From Octopus sinensis (lineage: Eukaryota), in the NCBI RefSeq assembly GCF_006345805.1, contig NC_042997.1, positions 44,702,001 through 44,766,000 of the forward strand: 64,000 nucleotides of DNA, in the 5' to 3' direction. Made by a program: the position numbers and the translations under genes. Positions 1 to 12,650 of this stretch are shown here, one piece after another. The notes beneath the pieces were generated by a model. That model was not told the origin of the DNA. It saw only the letters and a program-made list of their open reading frames with translations, and searched no databases. The first letter of the stretch is position 1; each line of letters begins with the position of its first letter.

Positions 1-262
1 ACTCCGTTGGGACACTTGCGAATGACTAAGCCTTGTGAGTTCTTTGGCACCACATCTTTACAAAAAGAAATAACGATGAAATAAGTTTTATCCTTCTAAA
101 GAAATCCAAAAGGGCTCTAACAAGAGCACTACATATCCTCTTCCAAAGCTTCCCAGAATGTTAAAGGAATGCATATATGTCTTATCCATGAAGGAGGTAG
201 TAGAGCAGATGCTAAAAATTATAGACATGTCTCTCTAACCTCATATTTCTGCAAAGCATTGT
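1..262 (+). pseudogene. Degenerate CR1/L2-type LINE reverse transcriptase fragment
   Basis: About 184-258 translates to IHEGGSRADAKNYRHVSLTSYFCKA, matching the conserved PIxKxGxxxxxxNYRPISLTS motif just upstream of LINE RT domains; surrounding frame is broken. Confidence 0.6.
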
Positions 263-869
263 CAGGGGGAAACTGATTGGTTTTCCCTATACATTCCACT
301 CTGACTTTGACATCTGTAACAACGAGTTTCAGTTACTTTGGATCAGAGTCTCTCACCTCTACTTCTGCTTCTATATGCATATGCTTCCTTTGCCACTCTC
401 CGAACTCCATCAACAATCAATAATTCTTCAACCATATATTTTCATACATAGAGGACATCTATCTCATTTCACCTCTACTCGAAGTCATAATTCCATGACC
501 TTCAACATTTACAACTCTTCCTGATTCTCTCACTCACCTCATATTAATGCCGCCAGTGCAAAAACTAAAATTCTCACCACTGTACATAAGTTAAATCCCT
601 AACCCATATCCCTGACTGACACACAGACACTTTCTTTTGAGCCCTCTAACTCAACCATTGCCAAACTAACACCATTTCTGCAATTTCCGGTCGTCTGACT
701 TATCTTATCACGACTCTCCAGCATCAACCAGTATTGTTTATCAACAAAACGTTATAGCACCTAGTCTTTTGGGGACCTTATAATAATTCAAAATCAGCTG
801 AATAGTCAGAACTCTGCCAGTTCCATGCTCTCTTTGATGGCACATGCTTCTGGTTCATCACCAAAAAAG

Positions 870-2130
870 TAGGTGGTTGAAAACATCTTAGGAATGTCTC
901 TCCACATCTTACACATAACCAAAACACACAACTTCAAAACTTACAAGCAGTTCAGTCATATCTGAACCATAGCAGTTTAGCCTACATGCTCGGAAAAGGT
1001 CAACCATTTCTACAAGCAGTTTTTATCTAGTGTCGTTTGTCTTGCAAGATTATAATCCGAACTGTGGAGAATGCTTCCGTGCGTCGTACAACCCATAAAC
1101 ATTTCCTCTTTTGGTTTCTTGTTAAAAGACTTTCCACCACAAACTTCGTGGAATCCTTTTATTTCTATAGTTTCCAACCATAATGGTGGAGCAATATTCT
1201 CCTGAAGAAAGCCACCATATTTGCTGCCTGTCTTGCATTCATACTGCACACATTAAACAACGTGTCATATTTTCAAGAAGGCACTTCCAACACCTTAAAA
1301 CTTTTGAAGACTACTTCAAACAACAATCTTCTCCAACTCTTTGAATCTTCCACCTTAATATCCACTAGCACCATTTTCATAATGCCAAACCACTGGAAAC
1401 CATCAGCAGACTATTAGTCCGTACTTGGCAGAACTGGACACCATTCTCAATTCTCTTGTCTTCTGGATCGGTGCTTTCTGTCAGCTCACACCATTCAGTA
1501 TGAACTGATGGAGCACTTATTAACGCGCGTTGTGCCTAAGGATCGCCTTTGTTCTCACATAACTCAACGACCTAATTCTCGTCTCCTCTGACGACGCATA
1601 CAACTACGTAGGTGATACAACCCTTCATCACGCGCTAATCTTTTGGCACCTAGGCACCACAGACATCGAAAAAAAATCAACTTAAATGGTATCAGTCTTG
1701 TTTCCTTCACCAGCACAAAGATACGGTCACTGCACATATGAAAAAATATGTTCCCATGTCTCCCTGGACCAATGGCGTAGTGTGGGATGTACGGTCCACA
1801 TAGGGTAACCACTTTGAATACGTTTGTTTACTGTTGTCGAAGGTGTATTCCATTTAAAGAAACAGGCAGTTTGTCTACTGCACAAGGCGGTCAGGACCCA
1901 CGCTATGTTACTGCCGCAAATATGAATCGCATGCAACAAGGACCTTCAATATGGTAATAAATACTAGATATCGACGTCGTCGATCATTTCTCCTTGTGAA
2001 CGCACATCCTCAATTTCATTGTTAACTCTCACCTGACTGACAGCATCCTTGTTCCAGAAAGACGTTGGTCAGAAATCCATCAAACTGATATACCATGTTA
2101 TGAGAACAAGATTAGAATTGGACTTCAATT
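870..2130 (-). mobile_element. Possible highly decayed LINE RT remnant (RTE-like)
   Basis: Coding-like composition on the minus strand with a frameshifted VRQGDPL-like motif near 1540-1562; no continuous ORF. Confidence 0.25.
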
Positions 2131-2147
2131 TATTTGGGAATGAATTA

Positions 2148-2548
2148 GTGCAGGAGTGGCTGTGTGGTAAGTAGCTTGCCTACCAACCACATGGTTCCGG
2201 GTTCAGTCCCACTGCGTGGCACCTTGGGCAAGTGTCTTCTACTATAGCCTCGGGCCGACCAAAGCCTTGTGAGTGGATTTGGTAGACGGAAACTGAAAGA
2301 AGCCCGTCGTATATATGTATATATATATGTATGTTTGTGTGTCTGTGTCTGTCCCCCTAGCATTGCTTGACAACCGATGCTGGTTTGTTTATGTCCCCGT
2401 CACTTAGCGGTTCGGCAAAAAGAGACCGATAGAATAAGTACTGGGCTTACAAAGAATAAGTCCCGGGGTCGAGTTGCTCAACTAAAGGCGGTGCTCCAGC
2501 ATGGCCGCAGTCAAATGACTGAAACAAGTAAAAGAGTAAAAAGAGAGA
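2148..2548 (+). mobile_element. tRNA-derived SINE, family A (full length)
   Basis: Head GCAGGAGTGGCTGTGTGGT..GGTTCAGTCCC (A/B-box-like), CORE-like CACCTTGGGCAAGT, internal (TA)/(TG) tract, tail AAAAGAGTAAAA; many near-identical copies in the window. Confidence 0.85.
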
Positions 2549-3125
2549 GTGTAGTAGATGAGAGTGAAGTTTGTGCCAAGATTGAGTATCACCGCTTTCC
2601 TCACTCCTTAGGAAGATAACTTACAGGAGAAATTCTTACCGAAGAGCATTTCTCTACGTTTGCATTCCACACACAGACACACACACATACACACTCACAC
2701 ACACGCACACATTTAAATAATTACAACCACAATTTATTCTCTTATCTTCTATGGATAGCTTGTAGAATTCTATTTCAATTATTGAGAATTAATTTAATAA
2801 CTATTATTATATCAGACTATTTTAAATTAAGCAGTGGAAGCAAGTTCTAGCAGAATTCCCTGCTGTATTCAAATGAAATTGTTAAGCGGTGAATAAGTTT
2901 GTGTGTCCCTTGAGTATAATTAGGCATAGTTTTACATTCCTTAATTCGCTAAGCTGGCACTATAGATTTCTTGTGGCAATGCACCAGGCCAGTTATCGTA
3001 GTATATTGATTCCTTACAATGAGATAACATTTCGTTGAGGAAGAAAGAGCATTGTAGTTGAAACCAACTCCCGTAGTCAGCTGGCAATTACAATGTAAGG
3101 AAAGATGAGGTTTTCTGCGTTTATA

Positions 3126-3512
3126 TCTTTATATATAAAAGTGAGGTTGTGTGTCTGACTCCTACGATTTAGATTCCTAACTACTCCCACATTTTGCGGT
3201 GCAGTTTAACCAAAACCGGGTATCTTATAGTCGTGATTCATATCGAGCCCTTCTGGGTATTAGCGCGCGTCTACGATTAAAAAAAAAATTACCATCATTT
3301 TTTCCCATTTTTAATGCATTTTTTTTTGCTATTATATAAGGGAAGTAACTCTCTAAAATGTATTATTAAATCTCAGAACGTAAAAAGCTACAGTAACCCC
3401 CCCCCCCTTTGTGGTTAGCCATATTGAGATGGCTATTATACTTTACATCTCTAAAAATGCTTATATAGTTATTTCCCTTACAAACCCGAGCAACGCCGGT
3501 CGATACTGCTAG
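3126..3512 (+). mobile_element. Non-autonomous Helitron
   Basis: Starts TC after an A, ends with hairpin CCCGAGCAACGCCGG then CTAG followed by T (A^T insertion, no TSD); homologous copies at 7878, 42607, 46737. Confidence 0.75.
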
Positions 3513-3805
3513 TTTGCAGATAAAGGCTTAAACAAATACCCACAAAGCATTTAGTCAAGTACTCGAGCATTTATATTCACTTGGCACTCCCACTTTGATA
3601 CATTTTGTATTGTTTCACCCAAACCCCACGATAATAGGAAGTAACATTTCTCTCTGGACTTGGATGAAATTAGTTTCTTTGCGAGAGTCGACTCTTCGAT
3701 TAAAATTGTTTTCCTCTCCAGTCAATGCTGTGTATAATCAGTTTTCAACAATTCATAGGATTTCACAACGTTTTCTGGTTCATGAAGACGGTTTTGCATT
3801 TTGTT

Positions 3806-3895
3806 TTTTTTTCTTCTTTCTTTCTTTCTTTCTTTCTTCTTTCTTTCTTTCTTCTTCTTCTTCTTCTTCTTCTTCTTCTTCTTCTTTTTTCTTTT
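3806..3895. repeat. (CTTT)n/(CTT)n compound microsatellite
   Basis: Direct inspection. Confidence 0.95.
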
Positions 3896-3939
3896 TGGCA
3901 AGTGCCGTAGAATAAAAACTAATCATCTTGATGTTGTTT

Positions 3940-4156
3940 GGCGGCGAGCTGGCAGAAACGTTAGCACACCGGGCGAAATGCGTAGCCGTTACGTTCCGCG
4001 TTCAAATTCCGCCGAGGTCGACTTTGCCTTTCATCCTTTCGGGGTCGATAAATTATGTACCAGTTATGCACTGGGGTCGATGTAATCGACTTAATCCGTA
4101 TGTCTGTCCTTGTTTGTTCCCTTTGTGTTTAGCCCCTTGTGGGTAGTAAAGAAGTA
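3940..4156 (+). mobile_element. tRNA-derived SINE, family B
   Basis: GGCGGCGAGCTGGCAGAA head, GTTCAAATTCC B-box, GGTCGACTTTGCCTTTCATCCTTTCGGGGTCGATAAA central domain (resembles the MetaSINE domain, from memory), CCCCTTGTGGGTAGTAAAGAA tail. Confidence 0.85.
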
Positions 4157-4662
4157 GATATTGTTTGGTCTTCCATCTGTATATAATATATGTCTCCTTA
4201 TGATGCTATTGTCCTTCGATTAGATATATATCTTTCAATATTCCTTTTCGTTTCTACTGTCAATCAGTAGATACGATCCTCTATTAATGGATATCAATAA
4301 TAAGGAGAACAGTTAAGAACCTGTTAAACGTTTGCAGGAGTGTTGTCGGCTATTTATTTTATTGACCCTCGAGGGGGAAAGAAAAGAAATTCAACCTCAG
4401 CAGGATTTTAAATCAGAACCGACAAAGACTAAGCTGAAGAACCTAAAGCTTTAAATTGTTTTTTCTATAGGGAGAGTGGCTGTTAATCGTGTAGAAAAGA
4501 CATCAAACATTGAGGGTATGAATCACCAACGTCTGTCTTTAGCTAAAACATCTTTCGCTAGTTTTGACCTTCTTGCTGAGAAAAAGAGATTAGCGTACAT
4601 ATTTGTAGCATGATGGTCTAGTTTCTCCAATGTTGTCTATTTTGAGTTAGGTATTCTATTTT

Positions 4663-5075
4663 ACTCTTTTACTTGTTTCAGTCATTTGACTGCGGCCATG
4701 CTGGAACACCGCCTTTAGTTGAGCAAATCGACCCCGGGACTTATTCTTTTGTAAGCCCAGTACTTATTCTATCGGTCTCTTTTGCCGAACCGCTAAGTAA
4801 CGGGAACATAAACACACCAGCATTGGTTGTCAAGTAATGCTAGGGGACAAACACAGACACACGCATATATATATATATATATATATAATATATATATATA
4901 TATACATATATACGACGGGCTTCTTTCAGTTTCCATCTACCAAATCCACTCACAAGGCTTTGGTCGGCCCGAGGCTATAGTAGAAGACACTTGCCCAAGG
5001 TGCCACGCAGTGGGACTGAACCCGGAACCATGTGGTTGGTAGACAAGCTACTTACCACACAGCCACTCCTGCGCC
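4663..5075 (-). mobile_element. SINE family A with TSD
   Basis: Full-length reverse copy; TAGGTATTCTATTTT occurs on both sides (4648-4662 and 5081-5095). Confidence 0.85.
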
Positions 5076-6348
5076 TATTCTAGGTATTCTATTTTTATCA
5101 AAGTCTTCTATTTTAGAATAAACGCTCTGTTTCCATCAAGGATACTCTAGTTCCAACCAAGTGGTCTATGTATGTTCAACATGGTTGTCTATTTTCAGCA
5201 AAGTGCCTCTTTTCAGTGATGTGGTCTGTTTTGTGCTCGGTGATTTATTTTCGACGAAGTGGTCTATTTTCAGCTAGGTAGTGTATTTTCAGTAATGTGG
5301 CCGAGGTATATAACTCATGACTGAATGCGGCTAATGCGTGGAATAATCAATGCTTTATTTGCGTGAGCTTTCAATTCGTTTATGGAAAGGGCTTCTCCCT
5401 GAGAGAAAGAAGGTTCATGCTTTTCTCGAAGAGCTTAGGCAGCCTAAGTAAACTAAAATTATTTCCAATGGAAACTGATATCCGATCGTGGAGTCAGCTT
5501 ACCAATTGCTTACATCTCCTCATACAGAAGAAAATTTGTTTAGTGCCGTTTAATTCATCAAGGAATCCCTCGGCAAGGGGTTCAAGATATCCTCTTGATA
5601 TCTACTCATGATGAAGTTTCAAACACCAAATGCCACATACAGCAAATAATTAGAATCAAGGTGCGCATTAAATGTAAATGCTGAACAAAACGATTAGAAA
5701 ACTTGTCCGACAGCCTCTGCAGGAAGGAATTCCTTACAATAATTGTAAACAAATGAAGCACTCGTTAACTATAGAGTGTTTTCTTGTTTCTTTTTATAGT
5801 CAAGTATCTATGAAGTTGTAAACAGCGTTTACAAACGCAAGCGTCAAGAATTTATATGTTGCAGAGAAGTGGGGGATAAAAGTGAAGAGTAATATCAAAA
5901 GGAATGATTCTTGTCTGAGATTTGAAAATATTTATCTCTCTATAAAAATGACATTGTATATTCTGAACCGCCATTGGCTCAGTGTGAAAGATTGAATTTG
6001 GTAAAGTTTACATGCTTGCTGATAATGTGTGTGTGTGAGTTAATGTAAGGGTGATAATAGCATTCAACAAGTTCTTACAAGCAGGTGTGTAACCAGATTC
6101 TAAAGTTAGGGGGAGCGAGCACATAAAAAAGGGGCCGTGACACATACAAAACAATTTTTAAATCATTACTTTTATATTACGCGAAATATATTACTAGATG
6201 TTCTACATTCATTAATTTCATGTTTCAGAAAAAAACGTAATTGTCTATAAAACTGTTGAAAAGGCGCCAATTTTAAAAAATGTGGTCGCAGGGAACGGTT
6301 GCCCGCCCCCACCCGCTTCCCCATTTGCTACACCACTGCCTACTGGAC

Positions 6349-6581
6349 GGCGGCGAGCTGGCAGAGTGGTTAGCACGCCGGGCGAAATGCGTAGCCGTAT
6401 TTCGTCTGTCGTTACGTTCTGAGTTCAAATTCCGCCGAGGTCGACTTTGCCTTTCATCCTTTCGGGGTCGATAAATTAAGTACCATTTACGCGCTGGGGT
6501 CGATGTAATCGACTTAATTCGTGTGTCTGTCCTTGTTTGTCCCCTCTATGTTTAACCCCTTGTGGGTAATAAAGAAATAGG
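6349..6581 (+). mobile_element. SINE family B (full length)
   Basis: Same head, central domain and tail as the other B copies. Confidence 0.85.
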
Positions 6582-7037
6582 TATGTGTGTACGTATTAAC
6601 AATACGTCAAGGTCGGTCATTGTTGTCGCAAATGGTTTTGATTATTGTTGCTTGCTGTCGAGTAACCATGGCAGCTGTTGTCTCAAGGCAAGCGTTTAAA
6701 TGCTTCAGATGAATTCTTTCGAAAGCTGGGCAACGTCTGCCGAGTGACCTCGCCCGAGTAATTAATCTTTGAAGCATGAGTTATGGACAGTGGAGGTGAC
6801 ACTTCTGACTGGTCGAAAGAAGGGAGTAAATATTTATTCTGTTGCTATTTTAATATAAACCTAAATTTTAAAAACGTTACTTGTAATGTATTAAATTACT
6901 TCCTTTTAATTGTAAGTTTACTTGTTACTAATTGATTAATTTAACCAATGATATTTTAATTAGATATTCAGCACAAGTTAGTCCAGTAATGGCCGCCTAA
7001 TCAAAAAACCACAAGTAAAGCTTCTTCATTTTAGCTA

Positions 7038-7860
7038 TCAGGCTGAGTAAAAAGCAAGCAACGTTTTGAAACATGAAATTCACCTCAGTATATTTGATGC
7101 GGAAATTTTATTCATCAAAGTACGTACCATTACACTCAACACATTTTTGCCAACGAGTTACAAGTTTGTTTATTCCGGTAACATAAAAATGTGGAGTTCC
7201 GGCGCTGATGAACTCTTTGAAAGCACTTTTGATTTTTGAAATCCTTCTCCTGCAGGAAACCATTAAGGTGCTTGAAAAAGTGGTAGTCGGTAGGAGAAGG
7301 GTCTGGGGAAGAAGCTGGATGGGGATGAACTTCGTAGTCAAATTCACTCAACTTCTGGATCGTTATTAGTGAAACATGTGGTCGAGCATTGTCATGAAGA
7401 ATGATTGGCCCTCTTCTGTTGACCAACCACTCTGGGGCGGAGGAGGAGTAGCAATTTTCGTTCATTTTTGGCAATTTCATGCCAATATGTTTCTGCAGAA
7501 ATGGTTTTTCCAGATTTTAAGAAGTTTTTGTAGATGAGTCCAGCAGTACACCACCAAACAGTCACCATAACCTTCCTTTTGAAGAGCTCGGATTTAGGGA
7601 AGGTTTTCGGTGCTTCATTTTGGTCCAACCACTGCGAAGAACTTTTTTTTTTTTTTGTTATTGTACAGAATCCATTTTTCATCGCAAGTTTCAATACGGT
7701 CGAGAAATGGATCGATCTGGTTACGGAGAAGAAGCGACGAGCAAATTTCATATCTGCGTATTTTTTGATTTTCATTCAAATCGTGTGGTACTCATTTGCC
7801 GAGCTTTCTTGATTTTCCAATTGCATGCAAATGGTTGCAGGTAGTTTTCTGGCTAAGTTG
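7038..7860 (-). pseudogene. Decayed Tc1/mariner (mariner) transposase, C-terminal part with one element end
   Basis: Frameshifted pieces contain VMVTVWW, IILHDNARPH and SPDPSPTDYHFFKHL (mariner DD34D motifs); candidate terminus TA|TCAGGCTGAGT at 7036-7048; interrupted at ~7878 by a Helitron. Confidence 0.85.
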
Positions 7861-7877
7861 AAGTTCTTATAATTAAA

Positions 7878-8068
7878 CTAGCAGTATCGCCCGGCGTTGC
7901 TCGGGTTTGTAAGGGAAATAACTATATAAGCATTTATAGAGAGTTACTTCCCTTATATAAACCAAGCGAAAATGCATTAAAAATGCGGAAAAATTATGGT
8001 AGATTTTTTTTTGAAATCGTAGACTCATCGTCGACGCGAGTTACTTCCCTTATATAATAGCAAAAAAA
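7878..8068 (-). mobile_element. Non-autonomous Helitron, 3' portion
   Basis: Reverse complement of the CTAG-plus-hairpin end seen at 3480-3512. Confidence 0.7.
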
Positions 8069-8615
8069 AATCAGTTTTACGGTTATAAGCAGGAAGAAAT
8101 AGCCATCATCAATGAAACCATATTCGGATTTCCATAATAAAGTTGTATATCATAACTGACTGTTTTCAAAAGCCTTTGAATCGCCCAGAAGTGAAACAGG
8201 CATTTTAAGAAGCAAGCGGAGCCAGAAATGTACGGTTTTGCTCTGGCACGAATCCAACAATTGAAGAAGCAATATATGCTAAATTCAGAGCAGGCAACAC
8301 TAAGAATCATTACTACTGCGTAAGATATAAAAAAACATCATTGGTCAAATGTTGATATTGCTATATTCTCAGCTTACGACTATGACTACACAGATAATGT
8401 AGGCTATTTCCCCAAATTTGCTAAGTAATGCAATTTAGGGATCAAGCCAGTTTTACGGTTATAAACAGGAAGAATTCAATCTTTGCCAAATATAGAAATT
8501 TAGATATTCTGATTTCAGATAATGATTCACAATTATCTTCTGAAAGATTTTAAAATTTTGTCAAAACGTGGGACTTTCACATCCAGCATACGATTCCCAA
8601 AATTAAATGTATTAA

Positions 8616-9184
8616 GGGGCTAAACACAGAGGGGACAAACAAGGACAGACAAACGGATCAAGTCGATTACATCGACCCCAGTGCGTAACTGGTACTTAAT
8701 TTATCGTTCTGAGTTCAAATTCCACCGAGGTCGACTTTGCCTTTCATCCTTTCGGGGTCGATAAATTAAGTACCTATTTCTTTACTACCCACAAGGGGCT
8801 AAACACAGAGGGGACAAACAAGGACAGACAAACGGATCAAGTCGATTACATCGACCCCAGTGCGTAACTGGTACTTAATTTATCGTTCTGAGTTCAAATT
8901 CCACCGAGGTCGACTTTGCCTTTCATCCTTTCGGGGTCGATAAATTAAGTACCAGTTACGCACTGGGTTCGATGTAATCGACTTAATCCGTTTGTCTGTC
9001 CTTGTTTGTCCTCTCTGTGTTTGGCCCCTTGTGGGTAGTAAAGAAATAGGTACTTAATTTATCGACCCCGAAAGGATGAAAGGCAAAGTCGACCTCGGCG
9101 GAATTTGAACTCAGAACGTAACGGCAGACGAAATACGGCTATGCATTTCGCCTGGTGTGCTAAAGTTTCTGCCAGCTCGCCGCC
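8616..9184 (-). mobile_element. Rearranged SINE B complex (alternating inverted segments)
   Basis: Five consecutive SINE B segments in alternating orientation, ending in an intact minus-strand head at 9184. Confidence 0.8.
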
Positions 9185-9879
9185 TTCTCCCACAATTAAA
9201 TAGATAAGCCTAAGTTGTAGTGAAAGTCATGTAACCGCTGATTAAGAAACAGAAAAGAGAGGAAATCAAGGACTCTTGCCAAGCATTTTATAGACTTCAG
9301 AAATACTTCAGTTGACAAGGTTGGTGAATAACTGGCACAACCCTTTATGAGTTGTTGTTTGGGGACATTACTACTTATTATAGCATGTCAGCTACTGTAG
9401 CCTCGTGCAGAAAATCTATCGGATGTTCAGGATAGACATGCTGAGCGCAAGAAGGCTGATATAGAAATATTAAAACCAATACGCAAGAAAGCCACTCACG
9501 TCGTTGGAAGCTGGTAATCATGTATGAGTACAAGTAAATGACAAAACAAGCAACACATGGTCGAGACGACAACAGGAAAGAAATACAGGAAAAACCTCAA
9601 AAGAGGTTGATAGTCAATTGAAACAGAGAACAACCCACCTGTCTTAGAAAACGAAAGAAGGTGAGCTGGAGGCAAGAAAGAGAAAGAAAGCGGTAAACTG
9701 GGCATTGTTTGCTTTCTTTCTCAATTAATACTATGTCGGGTTTCCTATTCTCTATTTCATGGTCGCGTTGAATCATAAAATCCCACAGGATCTTTGCGTT
9801 ATCATTTTCGATGACGCCTTCAGGTTTATGTTCGTACCACTTTTTTGATCTGTCAAGTCCGGCAATCCTTGCTATATAG

Positions 9880-10117
9880 TGTTGTTGTTATATATATATG
9901 ATGTATTGAGTATTAAAGGAAGTAGTGAGTACTTAGTATGAAAGATTAAGAAAATGAGAGAGACTGAAACAACGTGTTAACGATACAAGATACTTTATTC
10001 GACTGCCGTTGTTGTACAAGTTAATTGTTTTGGCGGGAAACAAAGTGAAAGTCCTTTTATCAAGGGAGACAATGGGCGACGTTGATTGCTCATGTTTGTT
10101 GTGATGATTATATAACA
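9880..10117 (-). repeat. 3' LTR (238 bp)
   Basis: Differs from the 5' LTR by 3 substitutions and 1 indel (manual comparison); minus-strand AATAAA at 9994-9999; polypurine tract at 10118-10140. Confidence 0.95.
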
Positions 10118-10155
10118 TCTTCCTTTTTTTTTTTTTTTTTAAATTTTTTTTTATA

Positions 10156-11316
10156 TCATCTGTATCTACAGGGAATAATTATTCGTCGTCCACTTTTTGT
10201 GGTTTTATTATTTTGTAGTGTTGAATTCTGTAGTTGTGCTGTTTTTGTTTTTTCATGCGTGTTTGTTGACTTTGGAAATATATTTTCATAATCTAATTCT
10301 TCTGTTATGCGAACGTGTTCGTTTGTTTTAAGAATATGTTGTCTATTTCGTTTGACTGTATTTCCTTCCTCTGTTATTACTAAGTATGAACGAGGTTGCT
10401 CTAGTTTTTTAATTATTTTGCCCCTTCTAAACCAATTGTTGTTAAACTTAATTCTAACCGTGTCGTGTGGTTTTAACTCTGGGAGTTCTGTTGTAATGTT
10501 TGATTTCTTCTTTTCGTGAGGCCTGATACCAATTTTGTCGTGTAATATGTTTGGGAGATTTGTTCGCAATGTTCTATTCATTATTTGATTTGCAGGGGAT
10601 GGTGCACCATTTTGTAATTTAGTCGTGCGTAATGCTAAGAGCGCTAACTGAGGTTCTTCGTCACTTTTGAATGCCTTTTTTAGCGTCTTTTTTATTGTCT
10701 GTATATTTCTCTCAACCATGCCATTCGCTTGATGATAATGCGGGCTTGTCTTCGTGTGATGAAAATGCCAATTTTTTGCAAATTTTTTGAATTCAGCCGA
10801 ATTGAATTCTGGACCATTGTCACTTACAACTGTTTGCGGAATTCCGAATTTAGCAAAAGTTTCTTTTAATTTTTTGATTACGGTTTTTGACTGGCAATCA
10901 TTTATTTCGTGTAGATCAAAAAATCTTGTTGTATAGTCAATAATTGTGACATACGAATTTCCAGACAGGTGAAATACGTCTGTACCCACTTTGGTCCATG
11001 GTGTAGTAGGTATTTCATGATTTATTAGTGGTTCGGCTGCTTGTTGATTTTTGTAGTCAATGCAGTATGAGCATGTGTTAATCATGTCTTTGATTTGAGC
11101 GTTAATGCCGGGCCAGTATATACATTCCTTCGCTCTCTCTATGCATTTTTCGATACCCATGTGTCCGGTATGTATTTCCTGTAGAGCTTCTCTACGTAAT
11201 GACTTAGGTACAATTATTCTTGAACCTTTTAGAACGAGACCATTGACGATTGATATTTCATCACGAACGGATACGAATGGTTTGATGTTTATTGGTATTT
11301 GTCTTTTGGGGGCCAT
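10156..11316 (-). CDS. Gypsy integrase (HHCC zinc finger, DDE core, GPY/F-like C-terminus)
   Basis: HTGHMGIEKC..C..C, VGTDVF, VSDNGPEF, NGMVER motifs. Confidence 0.9.
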   Translation of the reverse strand: MAPKRQIPINIKPFVSVRDEISIVNGLVLKGSRIIVPKSLRREALQEIHTGHMGIEKCIERAKECIYWPGINAQIKDMINTCSYCIDYKNQQAAEPLINHEIPTTPWTKVGTDVFHLSGNSYVTIIDYTTRFFDLHEINDCQSKTVIKKLKETFAKFGIPQTVVSDNGPEFNSAEFKKFAKNWHFHHTKTSPHYHQANGMVERNIQTIKKTLKKAFKSDEEPQLALLALRTTKLQNGAPSPANQIMNRTLRTNLPNILHDKIGIRPHEKKKSNITTELPELKPHDTVRIKFNNNWFRRGKIIKKLEQPRSYLVITEEGNTVKRNRQHILKTNEHVRITEELDYENIFPKSTNTHEKTKTAQLQNSTLQNNKTTKSGRRIIIPCRYR

Positions 11317-11437
11317 TCTGTTCTTGTATATGTGACGAGTGTCTGTAGAGACGGGTCGTCTGCAGTGGCTTCTTTATACTCTTTTAATTTAGTGTCGGTT
11401 ATGGGGTAATTTTTTATTACTGCATGAATGTGCGATT

Positions 11438-12650
11438 TCATATCTTCGTCTGTACTTCTGGAGTATTTTGCTCAAGGTATGCACGTGATAGGGTATCTGC
11501 AACAATTGATTCTTTACCAGGTATGTGGTTTAGGTCAAAATCATATCTTTGTAATGTTAGTAGAAATCTTTGGATTCTGGGGGGGGGGGGGCATTTAGTG
11601 ATCGATTTTTTGAATATTTGCTTCAACGGTTTATGGTCATTTTCGATTCTGAAATGAGTTCCGTATATAAACTGATGAAATTTCTTGCATGCGAAAACTA
11701 TACTGAGAGCTTCGCTCTCTATCGGACAGTAGTTTTGTTCCGCTTGAGTTGTTGCACGAGATGCAAACGAAACAGGTAGCCATCTTTCGTTGTGTTTCTG
11801 CTCAAGTATCGCTCTGAGCCCATGCTTACTAGCATCTGTAGTTATTTTTATTGGTAGATCTGGATTATAAAATTGTAGCACTGGTTTTCTGGTAATCATT
11901 TCTTTTAGCTTTTTTATTGCTTCGATTTGTGGTTTGTCGAATGACCATAACGTGTCACTCTGTAGAAGCTGGCGCAATGGTGCTGTGACTTCGGAGTAAT
12001 TAGATAAAAATTTACATAGGTAATTTGTCATACCTAGGAATCTTTGTAATTCTTTTTTACTTGTTTGCAGTGGCATGTGAATGATTGCTTGTACTTTGGT
12101 TGGATCTTGTTTTATCCCTTCGCTGGTTAATATATGCCCAAGGTACTTGATTTGTAATTCATAGAAGATACACTTTGATTTATTTAACTTTAATCCGTGC
12201 TTTCGGATTCGATCGAAAACTTGTTGTAGTCTATTTGTGTGTTCTTCTAAAGTGTTGGACCAGATTATGATGTCATCCTGTGAATTTCTTGCTCCTTCTA
12301 TGCCCTCTATTATTTTTGAAATTTCTTTTTGGAAAACTTCACTGGCGCTGTGAATTCCAAAGGGTAGTCGTGTGAAGCGATACCTTCCAAAAGGTGTGTT
12401 GAACGTTAAAAGATGGGAGCTTTCTTCGTCAACTGGAATTTGCCAGTATCCATTAGATGCATCGAGTTTTGAAAAATATTTAGGGTTATGCATTTGTGCA
12501 AAAATGTCCTCCGCTGTAGGGAGTTTGAAATGTTGCCTTTTTATGGCTTTGTTTAGATTCTTGGGGTCTAAACAGAGTCGGAGTTTTCCGTTGGCTTTTT
12601 CAACGATGACTAGGGAATTTACCCAGTCTGTAGGTTCACTAACAGTTTTA
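11438..12650 (-). CDS. Gypsy reverse transcriptase and RNase H (frameshifted near its 5' end)
   Basis: KLDASNGYWQIP, RLPFGI, SQDDII (YxDD equivalent), TDASKHG, ENDHKPL, ADTLSR motifs in ORF 11438-12493; the RT N-terminus lies in another frame up to ~12650. Confidence 0.9.

Noticed and set aside
2148-2230. tRNA genes at the heads of SINE families A, B and C
   Set aside because: A/B-box-like motifs are present but I could not build a full cloverleaf, and each continues into a SINE body.
9400-9520. Possible host exon (AENLSDVQDRHAERKKADIEILKPIRKK..)
   Set aside because: The frame is closed by stops at both ends, no convincing splice pair was found and I recognise no homology.
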